Positions 1 to 10,104 are shown, counted from the stretch's first letter. The stretch is DNA of 64,000 nt from Candidatus Micrarchaeia archaeon (GCA_038871515.1 JAVZHX010000001.1:128001-192000); one strand, 5' to 3'. Program-made: numbers and translations. The notes: generated by a model from the letters alone, not told the origin.

Positions 1-636
1 CAGGGAGTTTTTGTTGAAGGGCCGAAGCCAATCTCGCTGAGCAATGATGAGGTTGTTGCAAAGGGAGTTGTGAAGATGGCTGGCAAGTTGAACTGCTCGC
101 AGGAGAAGATAAGGGCGTTGGTTTTCTTTGATTTGTACTGCCCGCCCTGCATAGCCGGTGAGGAGAAGATTGCCCAGCTGAAAGAAAAGTTCAACAGAAG
201 CGTGAGCTTTGAGTACAAAATAATATTAACTCATTCATATGATTTAGCTCCAAAGTATGGTTTGGAAAATGTATCGCTTGCTGCTGGTTATCTGCTCTGC
301 TCAAGAGCGCAGGGGAAACTTGAGGAGTTCAAAAAGTGCGCAATAGAAAAATACATGACGCATGAGGAGGTTCCACTCACGCCAATGGAGCTGAGCGAGT
401 GCGCAAACTCAACTTCACTTAATGCAACTGCGTTTGATGAATGCATAAAGACGTATTACGTGAATTTGAATTTGGATAGGATGGCTGCAGAAACATATGG
501 GCTTGTTGGTTCATTGACAACTATCCCAGCTGGCGCACCGGTTGTTGTTGTTGACTGCATGTATAAAGCAGAAGTTAACTACGCAGAAGCAGCAATCTGC
601 TATGCGCATCCGGAGCTGGAGGAATGCAAATCATAA
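1..636 (+). CDS. Thioredoxin/DsbA-like protein, 5' truncated by the window edge
   Basis: Frame is open from base 1; FFDLYCPPC CxxC motif; several further Cys. Confidence 0.6.
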   Translation, partial: QGVFVEGPKPISLSNDEVVAKGVVKMAGKLNCSQEKIRALVFFDLYCPPCIAGEEKIAQLKEKFNRSVSFEYKIILTHSYDLAPKYGLENVSLAAGYLLCSRAQGKLEEFKKCAIEKYMTHEEVPLTPMELSECANSTSLNATAFDECIKTYYVNLNLDRMAAETYGLVGSLTTIPAGAPVVVVDCMYKAEVNYAEAAICYAHPELEECKS

Positions 637-1206
637 ATTCATTTTTTCCTTCACTTCCTCCATATCCACCAATGTATTCACGCATCCATCCCTTCTCAGC
701 ATAACTCCCTGCCCAGGAAACTTCTTCCCTCCTCCAAGCTTCTCAACAGCAAGCTGAAGCTCGTTGAAGCACGCAATTCCAAGCACTGCTTTTGGCTTGT
801 GCTTCTCCACTATGTTTATCACCTGCGAGCCACCGCCAACAATAAAGTATTTCATCCCATTTTTTTCGCATTCCTTCACTATTTCATTTATCACACATTT
901 ACCACACTTCAAGCAGTGATAACCATCCTCATCTATCGGCATCTTGCACTCCTTTATGTTTCTTAAACAGTGGGGTATGAAAACAACTCTATCCTTTTTT
1001 GGAACTGTTTTGTAAAAATCCTTATTCAGCCCATTGTGAAGCTCAATTATTGTGTACTTCACCCACTTATCATCAAGCACTCCAATATCGTGAGCTATTT
1101 TATTTGCTATATCGCTGACAGATGCATGCAAACCAACTGCAAGCGCTCTCGCTGCAAAATCCTTTATCTTCATCTTTATTCCATCCTCTTTCAGCTCAGT
1201 AACCAT
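631..1206 (-). CDS. DUF116-family protein
   Basis: FIPHCLR...C..CGKC...GGG...GIAC..EL pattern. Confidence 0.75.
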   Translation of the reverse strand: MVTELKEDGIKMKIKDFAARALAVGLHASVSDIANKIAHDIGVLDDKWVKYTIIELHNGLNKDFYKTVPKKDRVVFIPHCLRNIKECKMPIDEDGYHCLKCGKCVINEIVKECEKNGMKYFIVGGGSQVINIVEKHKPKAVLGIACFNELQLAVEKLGGGKKFPGQGVMLRRDGCVNTLVDMEEVKEKMNL

Positions 1207-1247
1207 ATCAACCCCATATTTTTTTGCACTCGCTACTTAAAATACGT

Positions 1248-1910
1248 TTATATTTTCCTCATAACTACGAATAAATGATCCTTATCAAATGGGGATAGCT
1301 CGTGTGTTTCAAGAATTTCAAATTTTTTACTAAGTCTGTCAAGTATTCTCTCATAAACTTCTTTTGGTTTTTTTGTCACATCAACGCTTTGAGATTTTAT
1401 TGCCATCATTGCGTAACCACCTTTTTTTAGAAACATCTCAGCGTTCTTCATCATTATCTCATCCTGCTCTGGCTGTGCAACATCCTCATAAATAACATCA
1501 ACCTCTCCTACTTCTCCTTTGTAGCTTTCAGGTTTTCTTGCATCCGCAAGCAAGGGAAGCATGTTTCCTCTCTTTTCACATACATACACCAAATCCCTCA
1601 TAGCCCTTGGGGCGAACTCAACACAGTAAACAACTCCTTTTCTTCCAACAATGTCTGAAACAAAGCTTGCTGTAACCCCTGCAGCTGCACCAAGGTAAAG
1701 AACATGCGATTCGTTTTTTATTGGCATACTTTTCATTCCTTTCATTATTGCAGCTGCAAGCTTGCTCCTGTACGGATTCCAGTATCTGTATTGAATTCCG
1801 TTGATTTCAACAAGCTTCTCCCCATGAACCCGAAAGTTTTTGATGAGATTCTTTGTTGCAAGCTTACCTTCTATAAGAAAAACTCCCTCAAACTTTTCCT
1901 CAACTTTCAT
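1248..1910 (-). CDS. flpA: Fibrillarin (box C/D sRNP 2'-O-methyltransferase)
   Basis: YRYWNPYRSKLAAAI, VLYLGAAAG, YCVEFAPR, DVAQPEQ, LSPFDKDH. Confidence 0.96.
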   Translation of the reverse strand: MKVEEKFEGVFLIEGKLATKNLIKNFRVHGEKLVEINGIQYRYWNPYRSKLAAAIMKGMKSMPIKNESHVLYLGAAAGVTASFVSDIVGRKGVVYCVEFAPRAMRDLVYVCEKRGNMLPLLADARKPESYKGEVGEVDVIYEDVAQPEQDEIMMKNAEMFLKKGGYAMMAIKSQSVDVTKKPKEVYERILDRLSKKFEILETHELSPFDKDHLFVVMRKI

Positions 1911-2005
1911 TCTTTCGCCTCTTTAATCCTCCCCTGAGCAACTTTTGCTCTCGCTCGAATCGGCTTGCACGTTGGAGTATAACTCTGCATATGCTTCCTC
2001 CAGCT

Positions 2006-2164
2006 TCACTCTCTTGCTTTTGGCAACCCCTTTGCAATCACCGAGACAGCACAGTCATCATCAACAAACCACATACATCTCTCACCAATGCACTCCCCTG
2101 TGCTTGAGCCAAAAACTCCAACTCCCTTCTCAGCAACAAACATCAGCGGACATCTTTTTGCCAT
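2006..2164 (-). CDS. Small Cys-rich hypothetical protein (52 aa, not in ORF track)
   Basis: Manual translation MAKRCPLMFVAEKGVGVFGSSTGECIGERCMWFVDDDCAVSVIAKGLPKARE; GAGGTGAG Shine-Dalgarno directly upstream. Confidence 0.6.
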   Translation of the reverse strand: MAKRCPLMFVAEKGVGVFGSSTGECIGERCMWFVDDDCAVSVIAKGLPKARE

Positions 2165-2178
2165 ACGCTCACCTCAAG

Positions 2179-2266
2179 CGGGCCCGGCGGGATTTGAACC
2201 CGCGACTCCCTGGTTTCCTCACTTATATAAAAGCCAGGTACTCTGGCCAAGCTGAGTTACGGGCCC
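2179..2266 (-). tRNA. tRNA-Lys(UUU) with a 13-nt intron at 37/38 (2215-2227)
   Basis: Cloverleaf GGGCCCG...; anticodon stem CCTGG/CCAGG; CT-TTT-A|TATAAGTGAGGAA|A; BHB central helix CTTT:GAGG. Confidence 0.93.
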
Positions 2267-2302
2267 GCGAAACTTTTAGAATTGTGGAGTTATTGATATA
2301 TA

Positions 2303-3955
2303 TTATTTCCTGAGCTTCTCCTCCTCTTTTTTTATTTTCTCATCGCTCACCTTTTCAAAAAGAGGTTTTGGCGTTTTTATCTTTTTGCCAGCAGGAAGAA
2401 GCTCCTTATCTGCATCCTCCCATGTGATTTTTTTATTTATCTCAAGCTGCGAGAGCAACTTCTGGGATGAGAAAGGTAGATAAGGAGAGAGAAGAACAGC
2501 CAAAGTAGTCACAGCTCTCGAGCAAACATACAAGCAGTTTCTTATTTTTCTCTCATCCTTTTCTTTCCACGGCTCCCTCTCGCTTAAGTAGCGGTTGAAC
2601 TCAGAAGCAAGCGAGTTTATCTCCTCCAAACCCCCCTTGAAATCAAACGCTTCAATTCTTCTCCCAACAGACTCCTTTCGCTCACTTATCAGCTTCAGCA
2701 GCTTCTCCTCCCTTTCATCAAGCTTCTCTGGTTTTGGTATTTTGGAGTTGCATGATTTATTTATCAGCACAAGCGTTCTGTGTATGAAGTTGCCTATGCA
2801 TGCAACCAGCTCATTATTCACCTTCTCCTGAAAATCCTTCCAGTAGAAATCCGCATCCTGCACACTGTGCGGAGTTATCATAGTCACATAATACCTCAGG
2901 TAATCTGCTGGGAATGAATTGAGATAGTCTTCCAACGAGACAAACCATCCCTTGCTTTTTGAAAACTTTCTTCCCTCAAGATTTAGGTAACCTCTTGTGG
3001 GAATTGCATCTGGTGGCTTGAACCCCTCCCCAACCTCCATTAACATAGCGGGCCAGAATAGATAATGATGATACACGATATCCTTCCCTATGAAGTGCAC
3101 TATTCTGCACTCCCCTTTCCAATACTCCTCCCAGTTTTTCCCTTTCTGCTCCGCCCACGCAACAGTGGAGCTTACATAACCAATTGGGGCATCAAACCAC
3201 ACGTAGAGAACTTTGTTTTTCTCTCCAGGTATTGGAACACCCCATTCCATATCCCTTGAAATATCCCAGTCTTTCAACCCCTCCTTTATCCAATTCAAAA
3301 GATAATTTACCACTTCATGCTGAAGCTCCTTGTTTTCCTTCAACCACTTCTCAAGCTTTGGCGAGAGCTGGCTGAGCTTGAAAAAGTAGTGCCTGCTTTT
3401 CCTTGCGGTTGGCTTTGAGCCACATGAGGAACAGCGAGGTTCAATAAGCTCACCTGCTGCAAGCGCCTTTCCGCACCCATCGCAGTAATCGCTGTACTGA
3501 TTATCTGCTCCACAGTGGGGGCACCTTCCAACCACAAACCTGTCTGGAAGAAACCTCTTGCACTTTTCGCAGTATGCCTGCTCAACTTCCTTTTCGTAGA
3601 TTAACCCTTTCTCCTTCAGTTTTAAGAAAAAGTGCTGTGCCATCTCTTTATTTTCTTCTGAGGAAGTTCTGTGAAATATATCCATGCTGAAGCCAAGCTT
3701 CTCAAACTCCTCCTTATCCCTTTTGTGGTAATACTCTGCAAACTCCTCTGGCTTCTTCCCTTCCTTCTCAGCAGCCGCAACAATCGGGGTTCCGTGCTCA
3801 TCGCTTGCGCATATGTAAACTGCATCATTCCCCACAAGCCTCTGGTAGCGAGCGTATATGTCCGCGGGAAGATACGTGCTCCTTATATGCCCTAGATGAA
3901 GAGGGCCGTTTGCATACGGCAGAGCTGCAGTGATTGTTATTTTTATCTGAATCAC
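2303..3955 (-). CDS. metG: Methionyl-tRNA synthetase (short form, no C-terminal OB domain)
   Basis: ALPYANGPLHLGH, Zn knuckle, YVWFDAPIGY, KFSKS. Confidence 0.96.
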   Translation of the reverse strand: MIQIKITITAALPYANGPLHLGHIRSTYLPADIYARYQRLVGNDAVYICASDEHGTPIVAAAEKEGKKPEEFAEYYHKRDKEEFEKLGFSMDIFHRTSSEENKEMAQHFFLKLKEKGLIYEKEVEQAYCEKCKRFLPDRFVVGRCPHCGADNQYSDYCDGCGKALAAGELIEPRCSSCGSKPTARKSRHYFFKLSQLSPKLEKWLKENKELQHEVVNYLLNWIKEGLKDWDISRDMEWGVPIPGEKNKVLYVWFDAPIGYVSSTVAWAEQKGKNWEEYWKGECRIVHFIGKDIVYHHYLFWPAMLMEVGEGFKPPDAIPTRGYLNLEGRKFSKSKGWFVSLEDYLNSFPADYLRYYVTMITPHSVQDADFYWKDFQEKVNNELVACIGNFIHRTLVLINKSCNSKIPKPEKLDEREEKLLKLISERKESVGRRIEAFDFKGGLEEINSLASEFNRYLSEREPWKEKDERKIRNCLYVCSRAVTTLAVLLSPYLPFSSQKLLSQLEINKKITWEDADKELLPAGKKIKTPKPLFEKVSDEKIKKEEEKLRK

Positions 3956-4078
3956 CTCACTGGAAAGTTACCCCTTGCGAATGTATTTAAATTCAACTCA
4001 CGTAAAGTTGACTAGCAAAAGGTATTTATGCACTACTGTATAAAAATACCAAACACTCTTTTTAAGAGGATGGGGTGA

Positions 4079-7000
4079 ATGGCCGAGGATATAACCCTCA
4101 TAGTTGATGAATTCGAAAGATTTTTTGATACTTTCTGCAAGGAAAGGTTAGAGGAGCTTTTTGAAAAATACCCGGAGAAAAGAAGTTTGGAAGTTGATTT
4201 TGTTGAGCTCAGCAAGTACAACAGCAGAATTGCAGACACTCTTCTCACCAAACCAGATATGATGATAAGAGCTGCTGTTGAAGCGCTGAAAAGGATGGCG
4301 ATGCCATCCCAGTATGAAGTTCCTTTTGAACCCCACGTTCGCTTCTACAATCTGCCTGAGCAGAGTAGGCCGATGATTCAGGATATTGGGGCGGATCATG
4401 TTGGAAATTTAATTTGTGTTGATGGTTTGATAACGAAAAGAACAGAGATAAGGCCGAAGGTAAGGATAATGGTGCTCAGATGCCCCTACTGCGAGCACAT
4501 TGAGAAGGTGCCGATTGATAGGGGTGTTGTGATACCGGAAACGTGCTCAAGCTGCAAGAGGAGAGGTTTGCAGCATGATGAGGAGGAATCGCGCTTCGTC
4601 AACCTTCAGAAGCTTGAGGCACAGGAGCCGCTTGAGAGGATAAGGGGGGGAGCGCAGGCAAGCCATATTGAGGTTTGGCTGGAGGATGATTTGGTAAACA
4701 CAGTCAGCCCAGGGCAGAGGGTTGAGATAACTGGCGTGCTGAGGATAAGGCCTTTTGCTGAGGGAAGAGGAGCTTCAAGAACAGTTTATTCAAAGTATCT
4801 GGATGCGGTTCATCTGAGGAGGGTGGAGAAGGAGTTTGAGGAAGTTGATATAACGAAGGAGGATGAGAGAAGGATAGTTGAGCTATCCAAGGATCCTGCG
4901 ATATATCAAAAAATAATCGGCTCAATTGCACCCTCAATATACGGGCATGATGAGGTGAAGGAGGCGCTTGCGCTTCAGCTTTTTGGTGGAACACCTAATA
5001 AAAGGTTGTCCGATGGGGGAATGATAAGAAGCGATATACATGTTCTGTTGATAGGTGACCCCGGTATCTCAAAAACGAGAATGCTGCAGTATATTGCAAA
5101 CCTCGCCCCAAAAAGCATTTATGTAAGCGGAAAAGCAGTTACCTCTGCTGGTTTAACTGCAACTGCTGAGAAGGATGAGCTTGGTGACGGTGGATGGACT
5201 CTGAAGGCAGGTGCGCTTGTTCTTGCTTCGGGAGGAGTTGGGTGTATTGATGAATTTGACAAAGTGAAAGAGGAGGAGATGGCTGCGCTACATGAAGCGA
5301 TGGAAAGTCAAAGTTACCATCCGGAAACCAAACTGATGTTTGCTGATGGAAAGGAGAGGAGGATGGGGGAGTTTGTTGAGGAGTTGATGCGTTTAAACCC
5401 TGAAGAGGTGATTGAAGGAAAGGATTGTTTAATCCTTAAACCTAAAGGTAAGTACAGGGTGCTCACAACAGATTTCAACAAGATTTATGGGGTGGAGATA
5501 AGTCAGGTAAGCAAGCATAAAGCACCAGCTTATTTCATCAGAGTTAAACTTCAGACTGGGAGAGAACTTCTTGTAACCCCCGAGCATCCATTTTGGGTTA
5601 TTGAAGACGGCGAGATTAAGACTGTTGACGCTGAAAAGTTGAGAGAAGGAGACTTCATTCCAATGCCGAAGTATCTCCCAATAGAGCATGAAGAGGATGA
5701 GTATGGCAAGGAGTTTTACAGGTTTCTTGGTTACCACATAACTGATGGGTGCTATGAGCTCAACAGACATGTGAAGAACGGCATAAACTTTTCAAACAAA
5801 AATCAGGAGCTTGTGGAGGATTATGTTGGTATAACTAATGAAATATTTGGCTCAAGATGCTATATTCAACAGAATGGAAGGACTGGTGTTACAAATGCGA
5901 GAATTGTGTCTATGCCAGTTGTAAGATACCTCTCTTCAATTGACCCAAGCCTGCTTGGCAAAGGAACCTCCAAGAAATTGCCAAGTCAATTCCTAAGCGC
6001 TAGTGATGAGAAAATAAAGGAATTTCTTAGGGCAACGTATGAAGGAGATGGGTCGTTCAGCAAGAATACGGTAAGCTTGGTTTGCGAGAATAAGGAGTTT
6101 GTTGAGCAGATCCAGACGCTACTCCTAAGGTTTGGAATCAGATCGCATATATTTAAGGATGGAAAAGTTTATCGTATAACAGTTAATGGGGAGAATAACC
6201 TTACAGCTTTCTACGATAAAGTTGGCTTCATCTCTAAGGAGAAAAATTCTAAGTTGCTTGCATATTTGAAAAAGAAAAAATCCTACAGAACAACTACGGA
6301 TGTTATACCAAATTCTGAGAAGAAGGTATGCGAGTTGCTCAGAGAACTCAAAATTCACAGCAGTAAACTGCTCTCCTCATCTTTGACACCTAATTTTTCA
6401 AATAAATATAATTTCACAAGGAAAAGTTTTGAGAAAATTGTTCGTAGGATGAATGAAAAAATTTGTGAGATAAAAGAGGCAGTCTCAAAAGTGGAAATGG
6501 CAGAGTCAATGGAGGAGTTGATAAAGATTAGAAAATCTCTTAATTTTTCCCAACACGACATTGCGGGAGGAGATGAGAGACTGAGGCATCTCATTTCATA
6601 CTACGAGACGAGGAATACGAAAATTGATAGGTGCAGAGAACTTTTGAGGGAATGCTGTTTGAGGAAGTTGAAAGTTGAAAAGGAAGTTGAGAAGCTGAAT
6701 AGGTTAGTGGAGAGCGATATCAGATGGTGTAAGGTAATCTCTGTCAGCAGAGTTAAGAATAAGGACACTGAATGGGTTTATGATGTCACAGTTGAGCCAA
6801 CCAAGACGTTCATATCTGAGTGCGCAGTCCTGCACAACACAATCTCGGTTGCAAAAGCGGGCATAGTTGCAAAGTTCAAAGCAAAAACTTCAATTCTCGC
6901 GGCAGCCAACCCAAAATACGGGAGGTTTGACCCCACAAGGTATCCTGCGGAGCAGTTTGACATTCCCCCAACAATTCTCTCAAGGTTTGATTTGATTTTC

Positions 7001-7678
7001 CCAATAAAGGATATACTTGATGAGGAGAAGGATAGGAAGCTCGCAAGCTTCATACTTGACCAGCACGTTGCTGCTGGAAGGAGAGTTGAGAAAACAATAA
7101 GTGAAGAGGAGGAAGTGAAACCGCCAATAGACACTGAGCTGCTGAGAAAATACATCGCATACAGCAGAAAGAAAATTACGCCTGTGCTCACACCAGAGGC
7201 AAATGAAAAAATAAAGGAGTATTATGTTGAGTTAAGAAAAATTGGGGCAACGCAGGGAGCTGTTCCAATAACCCCAAGGTATATTGAGGGGATGGTGAGG
7301 CTTGCTGAAGCAAGCGCAAAAACAAGGTTGAGCAACAGAGTTGAGCTTGTTGATGCTGAGAGGGCAATAAGGCTGATGGATTTCATGCTGAAGTCAATCA
7401 CAATGGATAGGGGGTTGGGAAGAATAGACATAGATATAATTGCAACTGGACAGCCAAAGTCAAAAGCAGACAGAATAAGAAATGTGCTTGACATAGTGAA
7501 GGAGCTGGAGAAGGAGTATGATTTGGTTGAAATAGAAAAAGTTGTTGAGGAGGCAAAGAAGTATGGTTTGGATGAAGCAACAACAAGGAAGGTGATTGAT
7601 GAAATGCTGAGAAAAACAGGTGAGTTATATGAACCAAAGCATGGGCACGTGAAAGTTGTTAGGCCGAAGGTGGAGTGA
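4079..7678 (+). CDS. mcm: MCM replicative helicase containing one intein
   Basis: Zn finger CPYC..CSSC, GDPGISKT, IDEFDK, ILSRFDL, C-terminal wHTH. Confidence 0.96.
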   Translation: MAEDITLIVDEFERFFDTFCKERLEELFEKYPEKRSLEVDFVELSKYNSRIADTLLTKPDMMIRAAVEALKRMAMPSQYEVPFEPHVRFYNLPEQSRPMIQDIGADHVGNLICVDGLITKRTEIRPKVRIMVLRCPYCEHIEKVPIDRGVVIPETCSSCKRRGLQHDEEESRFVNLQKLEAQEPLERIRGGAQASHIEVWLEDDLVNTVSPGQRVEITGVLRIRPFAEGRGASRTVYSKYLDAVHLRRVEKEFEEVDITKEDERRIVELSKDPAIYQKIIGSIAPSIYGHDEVKEALALQLFGGTPNKRLSDGGMIRSDIHVLLIGDPGISKTRMLQYIANLAPKSIYVSGKAVTSAGLTATAEKDELGDGGWTLKAGALVLASGGVGCIDEFDKVKEEEMAALHEAMESQSYHPETKLMFADGKERRMGEFVEELMRLNPEEVIEGKDCLILKPKGKYRVLTTDFNKIYGVEISQVSKHKAPAYFIRVKLQTGRELLVTPEHPFWVIEDGEIKTVDAEKLREGDFIPMPKYLPIEHEEDEYGKEFYRFLGYHITDGCYELNRHVKNGINFSNKNQELVEDYVGITNEIFGSRCYIQQNGRTGVTNARIVSMPVVRYLSSIDPSLLGKGTSKKLPSQFLSASDEKIKEFLRATYEGDGSFSKNTVSLVCENKEFVEQIQTLLLRFGIRSHIFKDGKVYRITVNGENNLTAFYDKVGFISKEKNSKLLAYLKKKKSYRTTTDVIPNSEKKVCELLRELKIHSSKLLSSSLTPNFSNKYNFTRKSFEKIVRRMNEKICEIKEAVSKVEMAESMEELIKIRKSLNFSQHDIAGGDERLRHLISYYETRNTKIDRCRELLRECCLRKLKVEKEVEKLNRLVESDIRWCKVISVSRVKNKDTEWVYDVTVEPTKTFISECAVLHNTISVAKAGIVAKFKAKTSILAAANPKYGRFDPTRYPAEQFDIPPTILSRFDLIFPIKDILDEEKDRKLASFILDQHVAAGRRVEKTISEEEEVKPPIDTELLRKYIAYSRKKITPVLTPEANEKIKEYYVELRKIGATQGAVPITPRYIEGMVRLAEASAKTRLSNRVELVDAERAIRLMDFMLKSITMDRGLGRIDIDIIATGQPKSKADRIRNVLDIVKELEKEYDLVEIEKVVEEAKKYGLDEATTRKVIDEMLRKTGELYEPKHGHVKVVRPKVE
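5312..6838 (+). mobile_element. Intein (509 aa) in MCM with LAGLIDADG endonuclease and an HTH-like insert
   Basis: HEAMESQ|SYHPET...VTPEHPF...VYDVTVE...VLHN|TISVAKAG; FLGYHITDG and FLRATYEGDG blocks. Confidence 0.93.
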
Positions 7679-8523
7679 TGGATAGGAATATAATGAAAAT
7701 AGTTGTGATGTTTCTTGCAGCCCAGTTTCTTGGGTTGTTTGTTGGAATTCAGCTGATAGGTGAACCAACCTACCAGGATTGGAATATTACGCCGAACAGA
7801 CAGCCTGGCGATGTTGGAAACTCAGTGATTTTTCTCGTGTATGTTGTTGTCACAGCTCTTATCATTGTTGTTGTAATAAAGTATTTGAAATGGGCTGCTT
7901 TCCTCTTTAAACTGCTTGAGTTTTTTATGATATTTGTTGCATCCTCAGTTGTCTTCTTCGTTATTCTCGCTTACTTCCAGTCCCCTTATGTATACGAGCT
8001 AACTCTTCTGCTTTCAGTTGGTTTGGCTCTTTTCAAATTCCTCTACCCAAAAATAAAAAATATCACAGCGATAATTGCAAGCGCAGCAGTTGGCGCTCTT
8101 TTTGGTTTCTCATTTGATATTGTTCCCTCTCTTCTCCTTATTGCGATGATTTCCCTGTATGATTTTGCAGCAGTTTTTGTTACAAAGCACATGGTGTATA
8201 TGGCAAAGGAGCTGAGTAAGATGGATTTATCCTTCTCAGTTTCAAGCAAGGAGAGAAGATATGTTAAAGAGAAGAAGAGGGAGGAGGAACTGCTTGTTGA
8301 GCTTGGAAGCGGGGATATGGCAATTCCGCTTATGCTTGCCGTTTCTGCTTATAAAATAAGCTTCAGTTTGGTTGACTCGCTTGCTGTTACTTTTGGAACA
8401 ACTCTTGGGCTTGTGTTTGTGCTGCATTATGTGACTACAAGGAGAGTTTTCCTCCCAGCACTTCCTCCTCTATGCTTTTTTGGAGTGCTTTCTCTTTTTT
8501 TGGCAAGGGTGCTTCTTCACTGA
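7675..8523 (+). CDS. Presenilin/signal-peptide-peptidase-like aspartyl protease
   Basis: Multi-TM; YD, LGSGD and PALPP motifs. Confidence 0.9.
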   Translation: MMDRNIMKIVVMFLAAQFLGLFVGIQLIGEPTYQDWNITPNRQPGDVGNSVIFLVYVVVTALIIVVVIKYLKWAAFLFKLLEFFMIFVASSVVFFVILAYFQSPYVYELTLLLSVGLALFKFLYPKIKNITAIIASAAVGALFGFSFDIVPSLLLIAMISLYDFAAVFVTKHMVYMAKELSKMDLSFSVSSKERRYVKEKKREEELLVELGSGDMAIPLMLAVSAYKISFSLVDSLAVTFGTTLGLVFVLHYVTTRRVFLPALPPLCFFGVLSLFLARVLLH

Positions 8524-8540
8524 GGTTTATAAATTGATGC

Positions 8541-8960
8541 ATGCATAATTACCTCATGGAATATGAGAAACTCTTGGAGAGAGCTTACTCAATGTTGCCT
8601 GACAAATCAAGCAGCGGAGCGAGGTTTGAGATGCCGGTTATAGATAGTTTCACCCAGGGGAATAAGACAATAATAAAGAATTTTGATGAGATTGCGCAGC
8701 AGTTGAGAAGAGAATCAAGGGAGCTTGTCAAATACTTTTCAAGAGAGCTGGCCGTACCAGTTACGGTTGAAAGTGGAAGGGCAGTGCTTCAGGGAAGATT
8801 TAATGAAAGGTTTTTGAATGAAAAGCTGCAGAGGTATGTGAAACTATCCGTTTTTTGCAAGGAGTGCGGAAAAGCGGATACAAAGATAATTGAGGTTGAG
8901 AGAGGAGTGAAGATGATTGTTTGCGAGGCGTGCGGGGCGAGGTTTCCCGTGAGGGTTTAG
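8541..8960 (+). CDS. eif2b: Translation initiation factor aIF-2 beta
   Basis: YEKLLERAY, GNKTIIKNF, CKECGKADT..CEACGA. Confidence 0.95.
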   Translation: MHNYLMEYEKLLERAYSMLPDKSSSGARFEMPVIDSFTQGNKTIIKNFDEIAQQLRRESRELVKYFSRELAVPVTVESGRAVLQGRFNERFLNEKLQRYVKLSVFCKECGKADTKIIEVERGVKMIVCEACGARFPVRV

Positions 8961-8961
8961 C

Positions 8962-9246
8962 ATGGAAGAGGAGGAAATTGGAAGGGTGAGAGTGCCAAGA
9001 AAAGGAGAGATTTTGGGAGTGGTTATTGGGATGATGGGGGCTAGCAGGATGCTTGTTGACTGCGCGGATGGGAAGGAGAGGTTGTGCAGGATACCTGGAA
9101 AGATAAAGAGGAAGGTGTGGGTTAAGAATGAGGATGTGGTGCTCATTAAACCATGGGATGTTGAGCCAGATAAGAAAGGGGATTTGGTTTGGAGGTATAC
9201 GAAATTGCAGGCGGAGTGGCTGAGGAAGAATGGTTACTTCAAGTGA
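8962..9246 (+). CDS. eif1a: Translation initiation factor aIF-1A
   Basis: CADGKERLCRIPGKIKRKVWV, KGDLVWRY. Confidence 0.95.
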   Translation: MEEEEIGRVRVPRKGEILGVVIGMMGASRMLVDCADGKERLCRIPGKIKRKVWVKNEDVVLIKPWDVEPDKKGDLVWRYTKLQAEWLRKNGYFK

Positions 9247-9282
9247 TGGTTGCATGGTGGGAGCTTCTCATAAGGTGAGAAA

Positions 9283-10047
9283 ATGGTGAGAAGGCTCTCA
9301 AAAAAGAAAATGCCCCCCAGGGAGGTTAAGCAGCTGAAGGAAAGGAAGAAAATAGAGTCGTATGTTTTTGATAAATACACTTTACTTGTTCTTTGGGAGA
9401 TGCTGAATAAGAAAATAATTGAAAGTTTGGATTACCCTGTTGCGAGCGGTAAGGAGGCAGTTGTCTTCCGCGCAACCACTGGGGAGAAGTTTGAGGGGGA
9501 GGAGGAGTATGTTGCTGTGAAAGTGTATAAAATTGAAACGAGTGATTTTGTGAGAATGCAGGAATACATAAGAGGCGACCCTCGCTTCTTTGGAGTGAAA
9601 AATGTGAAAAGGGAGATTGTTTACGCTTGGACGAAGAAGGAGTTCAGAAACCTTCAGATATGTGAGGAGGCGGGCGTTCCAGCTCCCGCTCCGTATATTT
9701 TCAGAAACAACGTTTTGGTTATGGAGTTTCTGGGGGAGGAGGGAATTCCTGATTCTCTGCTTGTTGATGTTGGAAGCAACAACCCTGAAAAAGACTGCGA
9801 TGCGCTTCTTGAGTATGTGAAAAAACTGTATAAAAGAAGATTTGTGCATGCTGATATAAGCGAGTTCAACGTTCTGATGCACCGCGATGTTCCTTATTTA
9901 ATAGATGTTGGGCAGGGAGTGCTTCTTGACCACCCGAAAGCAGAGGAGTTTTTGAGAAGAGACGTTGAAAATATACTGAGGTATTTCAGGCGTTATGGAA
10001 TTGAAAGGGATGAAGGGGAAGTGGTGGAGTGGGTGAAGGGTGTTTAA
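9283..10047 (+). CDS. rio1: Rio1 serine kinase
   Basis: SGKEAVVF, AVKVYK, KEFRNL, HADISEFN, IDVGQ. Confidence 0.93.
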   Translation: MVRRLSKKKMPPREVKQLKERKKIESYVFDKYTLLVLWEMLNKKIIESLDYPVASGKEAVVFRATTGEKFEGEEEYVAVKVYKIETSDFVRMQEYIRGDPRFFGVKNVKREIVYAWTKKEFRNLQICEEAGVPAPAPYIFRNNVLVMEFLGEEGIPDSLLVDVGSNNPEKDCDALLEYVKKLYKRRFVHADISEFNVLMHRDVPYLIDVGQGVLLDHPKAEEFLRRDVENILRYFRRYGIERDEGEVVEWVKGV

Positions 10048-10104
10048 TCCATTATACGCAATTATTTATAAACTTTAAATGAGCAAATTACTCGGTGGTA
10101 GCTT

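Noticed and set aside
1923..2009. 28-codon minus-strand ORF upstream of fibrillarin
   Set aside because: Too short and featureless to support, despite overlapping the preceding stop codon.
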